A DNA stretch of 64,000 bases from Dehalococcoidia bacterium (GCA_963662615.2 CAXXSR010000001.1:1600001-1664000); one strand, 5' to 3'. Positions 9,388-24,632 are shown, counted from the stretch's first letter. The notes: generated from the letters alone by a model not told the origin. Made by a program: numbers and translations.

Positions 9388-10434
9388 CTAGACCGTCACG
9401 CCCACTCCGTCCGCGACGTCCTGAATCTGCCGCCAGGTCTCGTCGTCCAAGGAGATGCCGTCCATGCGCTGGAGCGCGGAGCGGTATTCGGGCTCGCCGG
9501 GGACAAGGATTTCGTCGAAGCCGGGTGCGTAGGGGGGACTCTTCACGTAGTCGGTGAGGCCGCCGACTTTTTGCTGAAATTCATCCATGGGAGTGAACGC
9601 CTCAATGTTCACCGCCATCATCCAGAGGCCATTCCCGCTGGTGAGGGGAGCTTCCGGATTCGAGCATTGGGCGCGGGACAGCGCTCCGCCCAACACCTCC
9701 ACCATGAGCGCAAGCGCGAAGCCCTTGTGTGCCACCGAGCCGCCGGTGGGCAGAATGGCGCCGCGTGGCGGACCGTAGAATTCGTCGGCGGTATGCGCGG
9801 GCTTGCCGGTAGCGGTGGTGGCCCAGCCGTCGGGGACGGGCTCGCCGCGATTGCGCTTGAGCAGCAACTTGCCCTCGGCCACGACGCTCGCCGTCATGTC
9901 AACCAGGAAAGGCCGGTCGGGGCGGCCCGTAGGCACCGCCATGCTGATCGGGTTCGGCGAGGTGCGCGGCTCCACACCGCCGAACGCAGACATGAGCCGG
10001 CCGCCGCCGTTGTTGTTGACCACCGCCATCCCCAAATAGCCCGCCGCGGCGATGATCTCTGGATATGCGCCCAGCCGGCCTACGTGGTTGCACTCGTAGG
10101 CGGTGATCATGCCGATCTTGGCTTGCCTCGCCTTGGCGAGGGCCAATTCCGCGACTTTGCGCGCCGTGACCTGCCCAAAGTCGTGGTGGCCGTTCACGAC
10201 CGCGGTGTTGACCGTCTCGCGCTCCACCGTGATCTCACGACCCGGCAGAATCATCCCGTCTCTGATCTGCTGGGCGTATCGGGGGATGCGGATCACGCCG
10301 TGCGAGTCGTGGCCGGCGAGATTCGATGCCACCAGGTGCTTGGCCACCTCTTCAGCGTCTGCCTCCGGCGCGTCCATGGCCGTGAAGATCCGGGTCGTCA
10401 ACTGCTGGAGCTCCGCCGGGGTGATGGTCGGCAT
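9388..10434 (-). CDS. Ldh_2-family (type 2 malate/L-lactate dehydrogenase-like) oxidoreductase
   Basis: GHDSHG, HVGRLG, NPISMAVP, DMTAS, HKGFAL, ILVPGEPE. Confidence 0.93.
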   Translation of the reverse strand: MPTITPAELQQLTTRIFTAMDAPEADAEEVAKHLVASNLAGHDSHGVIRIPRYAQQIRDGMILPGREITVERETVNTAVVNGHHDFGQVTARKVAELALAKARQAKIGMITAYECNHVGRLGAYPEIIAAAGYLGMAVVNNNGGGRLMSAFGGVEPRTSPNPISMAVPTGRPDRPFLVDMTASVVAEGKLLLKRNRGEPVPDGWATTATGKPAHTADEFYGPPRGAILPTGGSVAHKGFALALMVEVLGGALSRAQCSNPEAPLTSGNGLWMMAVNIEAFTPMDEFQQKVGGLTDYVKSPPYAPGFDEILVPGEPEYRSALQRMDGISLDDETWRQIQDVADGVGVTV

Positions 10435-10637
10435 GGGGCACCTCCGAGCCGCAGGATATCAGCCGTGGGCCTGGGAGCACGGCGGACCCGCCGAGGGGTG
10501 GGGGCGACGGGCCGCGCCGGCCCTGGCACGCGGGCGGGCGAGCGCGATGTCGCACCCGGCGCATTCCCCGGCCGCCCGCAGCGGTACACTTTGCAGCACC
10601 GTCTGAACGGTGACGGGCGTGAGGAGAGCCCTTCTGG

Positions 10638-11936
10638 ATGAGTAGCGATGTAGAACCGCTCCTTGTGGACCTGCAGGAGGCCGCGGCGCGCGCGTCCGAG
10701 CGCTGGCGCGATCAGGATCCCAAGGCGTACACGAGCGAGCGCCTTCGCGGTCTCGGCAGCGGCACGCCCACGGACTGGGGGCTCTCCAAAACGAGCGCGG
10801 AACCCAAGGCGGCGCCGATCTCGCTGGCGGGGGGCATTCCGGACGCGGCGACACAGCCGCGCAAAGAGCTTCTGGGGGCGATGCGGCGCGCCCTGGAGAC
10901 CGAGGACGACAGCCCGCTGGTCTACGGCGGCGCGCTGGGCTACGAACCACTGCGCCACGAGATCGGTCGCTATTTCGGGAGGGACCACCGTGAGCCGCCG
11001 TCGGCGGAGCACTACCTCCTCACGAACGGCGCCGCGGGCGCCATTGACCTGGTCTGCTCGGCACTCCTGGATCCGGGCGACGTGGTGATCAGCGAGGCGC
11101 CGACGTTCCCGGGGTCGTTGCGGACGATTCGGGGGCGCGAGGCCGAGGTGGTGGGCGTGCGCATGGACGACGAGGGCATCCGCCTGGATGAGCTGGAGGC
11201 GGCGATCGGCCGGGTGGAGCGCGAAGGACGCCGCGTGAAGCTGATCTACACCATCGCGACGTTCCAGAATCCCACCGGCCAGGCGATGTCCCTGCGGCGC
11301 CGGGCGGACCTGGTCCGGCTGGCGGCGGAGCACGGCGTCTTCATCCTGGAGGACACGGCCTACGCCGATCTCTATTTCGGTGAGGAGCAGCGGCCATCGC
11401 TTTCGGCCGTGGCCGGCGGACACGGTGTGATCGCCGTGGGAACGTTCTCCAAGGTCATCGCCACGGGTCTCCGGGTCGGCTGGGTGCAGGCCCAGCCCGC
11501 GCTGATCGAAGCGATGGTCCCGGCGCGCTTCGACATGGGGAACAGCCCCCTGCTGCACCGCATGCTGTACGAATACGTGGCGCACGGCGACTTCAAGGCG
11601 CACGTCGAGCGGATGCGCGCGCTCTACAGGCGGAAAGTGCGGACGCTCACGGGCGCGCTGCGCGAGGGCGGCGAGCCTTACTTCGACTTCATCGTGCCGG
11701 AGGGCGGCTTCTTTCTCTGGCTGCACCTGCGGCCCGGGCTGTCAGCGCAAGCGGTGCAGGCGGCTGCCCTGCACGAGGGCGTGATCTTTCCCGTGGGGCA
11801 GGTGTTCTATCCCGACCGCGATCCTGGCGAGGACGGTGAATGCATCCGGCTGGCTCACTCCTGGACGTCCGCTGACGATCTGGAGGAGGCGACAGCCCGC
11901 GTCATCCGGGCCTGTGCGGCGGTGGGCGGGGGCTAG
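10638..11936 (+). CDS. PLP-dependent class I/II aminotransferase (LysN/MocR-like)
   Basis: ISLAGGIPD, FQNPTG, LEDTAY, GTFSKVIATGLRVGW, PEGGFFLW. Confidence 0.92.
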   Translation: MSSDVEPLLVDLQEAAARASERWRDQDPKAYTSERLRGLGSGTPTDWGLSKTSAEPKAAPISLAGGIPDAATQPRKELLGAMRRALETEDDSPLVYGGALGYEPLRHEIGRYFGRDHREPPSAEHYLLTNGAAGAIDLVCSALLDPGDVVISEAPTFPGSLRTIRGREAEVVGVRMDDEGIRLDELEAAIGRVEREGRRVKLIYTIATFQNPTGQAMSLRRRADLVRLAAEHGVFILEDTAYADLYFGEEQRPSLSAVAGGHGVIAVGTFSKVIATGLRVGWVQAQPALIEAMVPARFDMGNSPLLHRMLYEYVAHGDFKAHVERMRALYRRKVRTLTGALREGGEPYFDFIVPEGGFFLWLHLRPGLSAQAVQAAALHEGVIFPVGQVFYPDRDPGEDGECIRLAHSWTSADDLEEATARVIRACAAVGGG

Positions 11937-11948
11937 ACCTCACCAAGC

Positions 11949-11979
11949 GAGGGGCCGCTCGCGGCGGGAGCGGCCCCTC
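11949..11979. terminator. 12-bp hairpin between convergent genes
   Basis: GAGGGGCCGCTC-gcggcgg-GAGCGGCCCCTC, starting 13 nt after the aminotransferase stop. Confidence 0.65.
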
Positions 11980-11985
11980 TGAATT

Positions 11986-12021
11986 ACCAGTGTCGAACTG
12001 ACTCACCAGTGTCGAACTGAC
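11986..12021. repeat. 17-bp direct repeat x2 (ACCAGTGTCGAACTGAC)
   Basis: Copies at 11986-12002 and 12005-12021; each contains the dyad CAGT-N5-ACTG. Confidence 0.9.
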
Positions 12022-12065
12022 ATGCCGGCCGGCTCATCGCCCCCGGCGGATTCGGTCGCAGCGTC

Positions 12066-13232
12066 CTAGGCGGGCTGCTGCTTGAAGGCGTCTGGCACGG
12101 GCTGGCCGGCGGCCTCATAGGCCTTGCGCATGACGTCCGGCGCGGTTCCGAAGACGTCGGTGGCCCGGTCTTGAGACCACTGGTTCGCTTCTTGGATGGC
12201 GTCCTCCTGGCCCTGGAAATGTGGCAGGACGTAGCGCGCAAAGAGTTCATGACTGTGGAGAATCTTTTCGCGCGGGGCCCATTCGTGATGGCCGTGGAGG
12301 AAGCCGCCGAAGCCTCCTGACCTCTCCTGGAGCTTCTCAATGTGGGCGATGGCGTCGTCAGGCGTTCCGACAATCGCACTCCCGCGTTCGATCGCCTGGT
12401 CCAGCAGGTCCCCCTCGGTGCGGGGCACGGCCAGGGTGTCGTGGAAGTACTCCTGATAGAAGATGTTTGCGCCCTCGCGGACGTCCTCGAAGGCCTTTTC
12501 GCGAGTTTCAGCGATGTAGAGGGGACCGCCGAGCCACCAGTTGTTGCGGTCCATGGCATTACCGTGCTCGGCCGCTACTCCCTCTGCCACGGCCCACCAT
12601 TCGCGGAGCTCCTGGGGGGGGCTGGGGACGAACTGCGGCAGGCTGACAACTCCGGTGCCGTGCCTTCCGGCCAGCGCCATGCCGGACGGGGACATCAGCG
12701 CCGCTACGACCACGGGCACATGGGGGTCGCTATAGGGCGCGAGCTGGAGCCGCGCCTCGTGCATCACGAACCAGTCCGATACGTGCGTCACGGTCTCGCC
12801 GCGGAAGAGGCGCAGGATGACGTCGAGGGATTCATACATGCGGTCGCGCTGGACGATGGGGTCAATGCCCATCATGTAAGCGTCGGTGGTGAGGGCGCCG
12901 GGGCCCACGCCAAAGATGACGCGGCCGCGGGTCATGTGGTCGAGCTGATTGATGCGGTCGGCGACCATGAGCGGGTGATGGTAGGGCAGGCTGATGACGC
13001 CGGTGCCCAGCTTGATATTGCGGGTGCGCTGGGCGGCGGCGGCGATGAATATCTCCGGGGAGGCAATGATCTCCCAGCCAGAGCTGTGATGCTCCCCCAC
13101 GAAGACGGCGTCATAGCCCAATTCGTCCATCCACTCAATGAGCTCCATGTCGCGCTCCATCGCCAGGGTTGGGTTCTGCCCCACCCGATGGAACGGCGCC
13201 ATGAACATGCCGGCCTTCATTCGTCCTACCAT
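12066..13232 (-). CDS. LLM-class flavin-dependent monooxygenase (limonene 1,2-monooxygenase-like)
   Basis: FMAPFH, GEHHSSGWEII, LGTGVISLPYHHP, GVGPGAL, VGTPDD. Confidence 0.92.
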   Translation of the reverse strand: MVGRMKAGMFMAPFHRVGQNPTLAMERDMELIEWMDELGYDAVFVGEHHSSGWEIIASPEIFIAAAAQRTRNIKLGTGVISLPYHHPLMVADRINQLDHMTRGRVIFGVGPGALTTDAYMMGIDPIVQRDRMYESLDVILRLFRGETVTHVSDWFVMHEARLQLAPYSDPHVPVVVAALMSPSGMALAGRHGTGVVSLPQFVPSPPQELREWWAVAEGVAAEHGNAMDRNNWWLGGPLYIAETREKAFEDVREGANIFYQEYFHDTLAVPRTEGDLLDQAIERGSAIVGTPDDAIAHIEKLQERSGGFGGFLHGHHEWAPREKILHSHELFARYVLPHFQGQEDAIQEANQWSQDRATDVFGTAPDVMRKAYEAAGQPVPDAFKQQPA

Positions 13233-13377
13233 CGCCGCCCTCTTTTCTGTTAGGGTTTCGCCGTTCTAAGCGCCTGTCGGGCGCGAATGCGGGTGTTATG
13301 TTACCCCCCCGATCCGGCGCGAGGCAAGTGAGGCGGCGTCGCGGTTCTGCCGGGCGCGCAAGGAGGTGTCTAGGCCA

Positions 13378-14798
13378 ATGTCCTCTCCACCAGTCAGCTC
13401 CGAAACCAAGCCCCGACCGTCCAAAGCGTTGAGTACGAAGAGCGTGGTCTTCTCCGCCGACTCGCACGTCCTTGAGCCCGGCGATCTCTGGACCAGCCAT
13501 ATCGATCCCGCCTTTCGTGAGCGCGCTCCCCACATTGAGCACTCCCATACGGATGCCGACGGACGGGTGAGCAAGGGCGAATTCATGGTCTGTGAGGGCA
13601 TTGACCCGACGCCGGTTGCGCTCTTTGCGGCTGCGGACGTGGAAGAGCCCAAATTACGGGCGGAGATGGGGAAGCGGGGATACGATCAGCTGCTGTCGGG
13701 CGGCTGGGACCCGGAGGTGCGGCTGAAGGATCAGGAACTGGACGGCGTCGGCGCCGAGATCATCTATCCCAGTATCGGGATGCCCATGTACGGATGCCGA
13801 CGGACGGGTGAGCAAGGGCGAATTCATGGTCTGTGAGGGCATTGACCCGACGCCGGTTGCGCTCTTTGCGGCTGCGGACGTGGAAGAGCCCAAATTACGG
13901 GCGGAGATGGGGAAGCGGGGATACGATCAGCTGCTGTCGGGCGGCTGGGACCCGGAGGTGCGGCTGAAGGATCAGGAACGACGGCGTCGGCGCCGAGATC
14001 ATCTATCCCAGTATCGGGATGCCCATGTTCGGGATCCCCGAGACCGAGTTCCAGCAGGCTGTATTCCGCGCCTACAACAACTGGCTGGCGGAATATTGCG
14101 CCTACGCCCCGGAGCGGTTGCTGGGCCTCGCCATGATCACGCTAGACGACGTGGACTGGGGCGTCGCCGAGCTCCAGCGCGCCCGCAAACTTGGCCTGCG
14201 TGGCGCCCTGATCTGGAATGACCCAGGGCCCGAAAGCTACGCCGACCGCAAATTCGATCCGTTTTGGGTCGCCGCGACGGACCTCGAGATGCCGCTGAGC
14301 CTCCATATCCTGACCGGTAAATCCGGGAGCGGTCTCGACCTCTCGGGGAAGTCGAACCTTTTCGTGGATGCACTACCGCTACACCTTCCTGTCCAGAAAA
14401 CACTGACATCTATGCTCACCTCCGGTGTGTTCGAACGCCACCCCGCGCTGAAATTGCTGTCAGTGGAAAACGACATTGGCTGGCTGGCCCACTTCCTCTT
14501 TCGCCTGGACCATTTCTTCGACGCGCTGCGCTACGCGGCGAATTACACGGATCCGCTCACGCCAACGGAATACTTCCGGCGCAACGTCTGGGCGACCTTC
14601 CAGGACGATCCTGTCGGCGTCGCTACGCGCGAGTTCATCGGCTCGGACCGGCTGCTGTGGGGGTCGGACTACCCACATGGCGACTCGACCTGGCCGCATT
14701 CGCGGGAGGCGATCGAGCGCAACTTCCAGAACGTAGACGCGGCGGAAGTGCAGGCGATCACGCACGACAACGTGCAGGCGCTTTACGGTATCGCCTGA
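13378..14798 (+). pseudogene. Amidohydro_2-family metallohydrolase disrupted by an internal tandem duplication (possibly an assembly artefact)
   Basis: SADSHVLEP, DGVGAEIIYPS, AYNNWLAEYC, WGSDYPH; split into three ORFs by the duplication. Confidence 0.85.
13548..14027 (+). repeat. Tandem duplication of 241 bp + 239 bp
   Basis: 13548-13788 is repeated at 13789-14027; the second copy lacks 2 nt (GAACTGGAC vs GAACGAC). Confidence 0.95.
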
Positions 14799-14852
14799 CC
14801 GGGACCGGATGCGGCTTCCGGGTCGCGGCGCCCTGCCAGGCGGCGCGGGACG

Positions 14853-15761
14853 CTAGCCCGCCGCCGGCACACGCTCGCGGAGAAACGCGCCGATGCGCTC
14901 CAACCCCTCCCGCCCCTCCGGCAGGATCGGGAAATAGAGCGGCCAGATGTGAAACATCTCGGGCCAGACTTCGGCGGTCACGTCAACGCCGGCCGCCCGC
15001 GCCTTCTCGGCAAAGCTGGTGGTGTCGCTCAACAAGACCTCGGCATCGCCCACCAGCATGAACAGCGGTGGCAGCCCGCTTGGGTCCGCGTAGAGGGGTG
15101 AAGCGAGCGGAGTCTTGGCATCGGCGCCGTGGAGGTACATCGCCGCCAGCTTGCGGACAAAGTTCACGTCCGTCGTCATGGGGTCCGCGTCGGCACGGGT
15201 CGTCATCGACTCGCCGCTGCAGGTGAGGTCCGTCCAGGCGGAGAGCGTGACGGCGGCATCGGGCAGCAGGTCACCGGCATCGCGCAAAGCGACCAGAGCC
15301 GCCAGAGCGAGGCCGCCTCCGGCGGAGTCGCCGGCGATGAAGGTCGTCGCCGCGGCGCCGGGACCGCTGGGGCCATTGTCACGCATCCAGCGGTAAGCCG
15401 CGCAGGTATCTTCGACGGCGGCTGGGAACGGTGCTTCGGGCGCGAGGCGGTAATCGAGCAGGAGCACGGCGCAGCGCGTGGCCTGCGAGAGCCCCGCGGC
15501 GAAGTGGCGGTGGGTGTTGAGGGAGCCGTAGACGTAGCCGCCGGCGTGGAGGTAGAGGATCCGGGACCCTGGATCGGCGCCGGTGGCGACGACCCATTCG
15601 GCGGGAACGCCGGCCGCGTCCGTGGCGGTGACGGCCGTGGCTTCCGGCAGCGGTAAGGCGAATCCCTCGAACGCGGCCCGCCACGCCTCGACGCTTGCGT
15701 CGATGTCAAAGGGATTGGCACGGAATTGCTCGGCTAGCTCCTGCAGCTGCGTTGATGCCAT
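14853..15761 (-). CDS. HSL-family alpha/beta hydrolase (esterase/lactone hydrolase-like)
   Basis: LYLHAGGY, DYRLAPE, GDSAGG, ASPL, MFHIW. Confidence 0.92.
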   Translation of the reverse strand: MASTQLQELAEQFRANPFDIDASVEAWRAAFEGFALPLPEATAVTATDAAGVPAEWVVATGADPGSRILYLHAGGYVYGSLNTHRHFAAGLSQATRCAVLLLDYRLAPEAPFPAAVEDTCAAYRWMRDNGPSGPGAAATTFIAGDSAGGGLALAALVALRDAGDLLPDAAVTLSAWTDLTCSGESMTTRADADPMTTDVNFVRKLAAMYLHGADAKTPLASPLYADPSGLPPLFMLVGDAEVLLSDTTSFAEKARAAGVDVTAEVWPEMFHIWPLYFPILPEGREGLERIGAFLRERVPAAG

Positions 15762-15856
15762 GGCGATAACCCCTGTTCACTGAACTCGTTATCCCAGCTT
15801 TGGAAGGTCCGGCGGTCCCGGCAGCCGGCATCCGCGAGCTACCGGCAGGGGGCCGG

Positions 15857-17170
15857 TCATGTGCACATTCGCCGCACGATCTCGTACATAAGTTCACAGC
15901 CCATGTTGAAGTTGTCGATGGTCAGGTATTCGTCGTGGCCGTGGAACCCCGCCACTTCCTCGGGGCTGAGCAGGTAGGGGATGAAGCCGTAGGCGGGGAT
16001 GCCGCGCTGCCTCAAGAAGCGGTTGTCGGTCGCGCCAACGGTGGTGGTGGGCACGACCACGGCATCCTCCACGGCCTCGACAATGACGGCGTTGATGGTG
16101 CGAAAGAGTTCCGTATCCCAAGGTGCGGCGGCGGGCGGTTCCTGCTGCCAGTCGCTGAAGAAATCGACGTCGACGCGCGGGTCGTCGATCACGGCCATCA
16201 CTTCCTGACGCCAGTCCTCCCGCTCTTGCCCGGGGAGGAGGCGGCAATCAATGACGGCCTCGGCGGTGGCGGGAATAACGTTGGCTTTGACGCCGGCCTG
16301 GAGCATGGTGACGTTGAGGGTGTTGACGAACATGGCGTGCATCAGGGGGTCGCTCGTCAGGATTCCATCCAGTTCAGCCCCTTCGGCTGTCGGGGGGAGC
16401 AGCCCTTCTCGCTTGAGGCGATCCAGATACAGGCGTGATTCCGGGGTGAAGCTGAGAGGCCGCTCCCAGTCGGCGAGCTTTGCCAGCGCTCGGACGAGGT
16501 GCACGGCCGCGTTGTCCTTGTGCGGGCGGCTGCCGTGGCCGGCGGCGCCGGTGGCGGTCAACCGCAGCCAGCAGATGTCCTTCTCGTTGGTAGCGACGGC
16601 GAAGAGCTTTACGTCCCGGCCCGCGAGCCGCGAAAGTCCGGACCCACCCTCGCTAAGTTCAAACTCGACATCGACCACGTCAGGCCGGTGCTTGCAGAGC
16701 CAGTCCATTCCCCAGACGCTGCCCGCCTCTTCGTCTGGCACGGCGCAGAAGATGATATCGCGCTTGAGGGGCAGGGCCCGTCGCTGGAAAAGGAGAAGGG
16801 TCATGAGCTGCATCACGCCGGCGCCCTTCATATCGACGGCGCCGCGGCCATACACCTTGCCGTCTTCGATCAGCCCTGCAAAGGCCGGCTTGGTCCAGTA
16901 TTTGCCTTCCACCGGCACAACGTCCGTGTGGTTGCAAAGCATGAGCGGGCGCCGGCTGCCGTCGCCTCGGAGACGGGCGACCAGCACCTCGCGGTTGGGC
17001 TGCGTTTCGATCAGCTCGCAAGGGATCCCTTCCTGGGTGATGATCTCGGCGAGGAAGCGAGCGGCCGGCTTCTCGTTTCCCGGTGGGTTGCTGGTGTCGA
17101 TTCGCAAGTAGCGGACGAAGAGGTCGAGCGCCTCCTGGAACACGGGGGCCCAATCGATGCCGGAGGCCAT
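15857..17170 (-). CDS. M20/M25/M40-family metallohydrolase
   Basis: NHTDVVP, GRGAVDMKG, DEEAG, GHGS, GATD, HGHDE. Confidence 0.92.
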   Translation of the reverse strand: MASGIDWAPVFQEALDLFVRYLRIDTSNPPGNEKPAARFLAEIITQEGIPCELIETQPNREVLVARLRGDGSRRPLMLCNHTDVVPVEGKYWTKPAFAGLIEDGKVYGRGAVDMKGAGVMQLMTLLLFQRRALPLKRDIIFCAVPDEEAGSVWGMDWLCKHRPDVVDVEFELSEGGSGLSRLAGRDVKLFAVATNEKDICWLRLTATGAAGHGSRPHKDNAAVHLVRALAKLADWERPLSFTPESRLYLDRLKREGLLPPTAEGAELDGILTSDPLMHAMFVNTLNVTMLQAGVKANVIPATAEAVIDCRLLPGQEREDWRQEVMAVIDDPRVDVDFFSDWQQEPPAAAPWDTELFRTINAVIVEAVEDAVVVPTTTVGATDNRFLRQRGIPAYGFIPYLLSPEEVAGFHGHDEYLTIDNFNMGCELMYEIVRRMCT

Positions 17171-17428
17171 ACGGCGCTTCTTTCGTCCCTGGGCCCCGCC
17201 CAACTCCCGCGTGGCGGCCGGGGGCGGAGTCGGCGTAGACGCTAGCACGCGGGGCACGGGAAGCAGCGCTGCCAGCGCCAACCACGGACGTGCGCTCCTG
17301 GGACAGCCCTGCGGACGGGTGGGCGGCTAGGATCAGATCCGCGGCGCCGCGACCGGGCTCGATCGGTGCACGGACCCGGGCGCCGCAGTTCGCCCATGCT
17401 AGACTGAGGCTCGGCGGAAATCGAACAT

Positions 17429-21841
<4,413 letters not shown>

Positions 21842-21905
21842 GCGACCGGCTTTCATGCGATCTGACGAGAGCCGCAGCGCCAAAGCAGCCAACGCCGGCG
21901 ACCGT

Positions 21906-21933
21906 CTCTAGAACCGGCCCTCTAGAACCGGCC
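21906..21933. repeat. 14-bp tandem duplication (CTCTAGAACCGGCC x2) spanning the DUF169 stop codon
   Basis: Read directly from the sequence. Confidence 0.9.
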
Positions 21934-22743
21934 GCTGTACGTCCTCTCCAGGATCTCCGCCGGGCTCGCCTGAATCCCCAGTGAGGGAATGGGATAGCGC
22001 AGGCCGTGGTCGCTCAGTTTGCCCATCCCCTCAATGGCGCCCGGCAGGTAGCGGGGCGGGATGGCCATGAGCAGCTCGTCATCCTGGACGCCGCCGAAGC
22101 GGCGCTCGGCGAAGCAAGGAATCGTGAGTGATGGCTCCCCGGTTCGGAGGGCTCGACCCCAAGAATCGGCGCAGGCTGACTCGCCCACGCAGCTGAACTC
22201 GAACTTCCGATAGCCGCGGAACTGCAAGCCGTTGATGAAGATGATCATCTGTCCAGGAGTGCCGTAGATCAGCACGATGTCGGGCGGATCGAGGCGCCCT
22301 GTCGCCAGTGGAGAGACGGCGAGCGCCGTGTAGCGGCCATAAGGGAGGCAATCCAGCGCTTGTTGATGGGCGATCGCATCCTCCTCGGTGGCGAACCAGA
22401 CGCCGGACATGGCGGTGCTGTTGCGCCACTTTCGATCCTGCGGGCTAAGGCCGACCGGCGCGCCGCACTGCTTGCCCACCAGATCGTCCATCGTGATCCC
22501 AACGGTCCAGTTGAGCCATCGCGCCTGCGCCACGATCTGGTCGAGGGCATACTTGCTGGCCGGGCGACGGACGCGCTCGATCGCTTCCATCTCCTCCACG
22601 CGCTCGAACATCTTCATGCCGACGGGCGTTGCGCGAAGGCGCAAGTAGCGGTTGAGGCCGTCGACGATCACCGGCCAATCGTACGAGTCGGGCTCAGGGG
22701 GTGCCGCCGGCGCGACTCCCACCTTGGCCGATTCGGTTACCAT
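21922..22743 (-). CDS. DUF169-family protein
   Basis: PVGMK, PDIVLIYGTPGQ, GESACAD, PCFAERRFG, DDELLMAIP. Confidence 0.85.
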   Translation of the reverse strand: MVTESAKVGVAPAAPPEPDSYDWPVIVDGLNRYLRLRATPVGMKMFERVEEMEAIERVRRPASKYALDQIVAQARWLNWTVGITMDDLVGKQCGAPVGLSPQDRKWRNSTAMSGVWFATEEDAIAHQQALDCLPYGRYTALAVSPLATGRLDPPDIVLIYGTPGQMIIFINGLQFRGYRKFEFSCVGESACADSWGRALRTGEPSLTIPCFAERRFGGVQDDELLMAIPPRYLPGAIEGMGKLSDHGLRYPIPSLGIQASPAEILERTYSGRF

Positions 22744-22930
22744 GACGCTCCCTTCGCTCACTTCTCCGGCGCAGCGACGGTCGCGCCGCTGGGCCTCTTC
22801 AATCTTCACCCTGGTCATCCCCGTGGCGCGCGTCGGCGGGACGGCGGCCGGTTCGCGGACCAACTTGGGACTACGGCGCACGCTAGCATGAGGCCGAGGC
22901 GCCAGCGGAGCAGGGCAGGTGGGTGGGACG

Positions 22931-24121
22931 ATGCCGGCTTTGGATGGGATGCGGGTGCTGGATCTGACGCAGTGGGAAGCGGGCCCCGCCGGCACGCAGA
23001 TGCTGGCCTGGTTGGGCGCCGATGTGGTCAAGGTGGAACGGCCCCACGGCGGCGACCCCGCCCGCACGGTGGCCGGCGCGGCCGACAACTCGCCCTATTT
23101 CCTGAACTGGAACGCGAACAAGCGCGGGATCTGCATTGACGTCGGGGCCACGGCCGGGCGCGCGCTGCTGCTGCGGCTGGCGGCGCACTACGACGTGCTG
23201 GCGGAGAACTACGGGCCCGGCGTGATCGAGAAGCTCGACATTGGCTACGACGTGGTGCGCGCGATCAACCCGGGCATCATCTACGCCCGGATCAAGGGCT
23301 TCGGGCTGTCGGGGCCCTACAGCGGCTACAAGTCCTTCGATATGGTGGCGCAGGCCGCCGGGGGGGCGTTCTCCGTGACCGGGGAGGCTGGGGGTCCGCC
23401 CGTCCGTCCCGGTCCCAGTATCGGAGACTCCGGCGCCGGGCTCCAGCTGGCGCTGGCGATCACCGCCGCCTACGTGCAGCAGCAGCGCACGGGCCAGGGG
23501 CAGTGCATTGAGCTGTCCATGCAGGAAGCGGTGACGTACTTCATGCGCACCTGGGTGGCGTTGAACTCGGACTGGGGCGCGAAGGCGGCCCCGCGGACGA
23601 ACAGCTGGTCGGGCGCCCCCAGCGACCTCTACCCGACGAAGCCGCTGGGCCCGAACGACTACGTCTACATCATGGCGGTGACGACGGCGATGTGGGACAC
23701 GCTCTGCGCCATCATCGATCGGCCGGATCTGGTCACCGACCCCCGCTTCGCCACGGACGCAGGCCGCCTGGAGAATCGGGAGGCGTTGCATGCCGAGATC
23801 TCCCAATGGACGCGCCGGCGCACGAAATACGAGGCCATGCGGCACCTCGCCGAGGTCGGCGTTCCCTGCAGCGCCGTGCTCGACACCCATGACCTCTGGA
23901 CCGATCCGCACCTGCAAGCCCGCGACTTCATCCAGCCGGTGCAGCACCCCACCCTGGGCGAGTTGGAGTTCATGCGGAATCCGATCCGGATGCCGGGCGC
24001 CGAGGGGCCGCTGCAGGCCGCCCCGCTGCTGGGACAGCACACGGATGCGGTGTTGCAGGCAGACCTGAACCTCACCGAGGCCGAGCTGGCCTCACTGCGG
24101 GAGTCGGGGGCCATTGCCTAA
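22931..24121 (+). CDS. Class III CoA-transferase (CaiB/BaiF, formyl-CoA transferase-like)
   Basis: RVLDLT, AGP, LGADVVKVE, NANKR, ENYGPG, KGFG, APLLGQHT. Confidence 0.94.
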   Translation: MPALDGMRVLDLTQWEAGPAGTQMLAWLGADVVKVERPHGGDPARTVAGAADNSPYFLNWNANKRGICIDVGATAGRALLLRLAAHYDVLAENYGPGVIEKLDIGYDVVRAINPGIIYARIKGFGLSGPYSGYKSFDMVAQAAGGAFSVTGEAGGPPVRPGPSIGDSGAGLQLALAITAAYVQQQRTGQGQCIELSMQEAVTYFMRTWVALNSDWGAKAAPRTNSWSGAPSDLYPTKPLGPNDYVYIMAVTTAMWDTLCAIIDRPDLVTDPRFATDAGRLENREALHAEISQWTRRRTKYEAMRHLAEVGVPCSAVLDTHDLWTDPHLQARDFIQPVQHPTLGELEFMRNPIRMPGAEGPLQAAPLLGQHTDAVLQADLNLTEAELASLRESGAIA

Positions 24122-24632
24122 GCGCGGCCTTGATCCCATGCTGCCGGCCGCGTTGCGCGTCCTCATCGTCGGATCGTTCCCCAGCGAGGCGTCGCTGGCG
24201 CAGGGCGCCTACTACGCCCACCCTCGCAACCACTTCTGGCCGCTGCTGGCCGCCTGCGGTGTCATTGCCGACGTACATTCTCCGTACGCGGAGCGCATTG
24301 TCGCAGTGGCGGAGCGCGGCATCGGCTTGTGGGACCTGTATCGGAGCGTCGAGCGGCGGGGGAGCGGCGATGCCGCCATCCGCGAGGCGATCCCCAACGA
24401 TCTTCCGAGCCTCTGGCGGCGACGGCAACCGTTCACAGTGCTCCTCAACGGCAAGCGCCGCCGCGAATGGCGCCGGCATTTTGGGGCGCTGCCGGTGGAG
24501 CCCGTCGCATTGCCGAGCACGAGTCCCCGCGCGTTCCATTGGAATACCCCAGCGGCGGCAGCGGCGACGATGGCAGAGTGGCGGCAGGCGCTGGCGGCCG
24601 GCGGCGTCGCGGTGTCAGCCGCAAGACTTTGA
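24114..24632 (+). CDS. Hypoxanthine/deoxyinosine-DNA glycosylase (UDG superfamily)
   Basis: VGSFPSEASL, YYAHPRNHFW, GLWD, LPSTSP; TTG start overlaps the upstream stop. Confidence 0.88.
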   Translation: MPKRGLDPMLPAALRVLIVGSFPSEASLAQGAYYAHPRNHFWPLLAACGVIADVHSPYAERIVAVAERGIGLWDLYRSVERRGSGDAAIREAIPNDLPSLWRRRQPFTVLLNGKRRREWRRHFGALPVEPVALPSTSPRAFHWNTPAAAAATMAEWRQALAAGGVAVSAARL

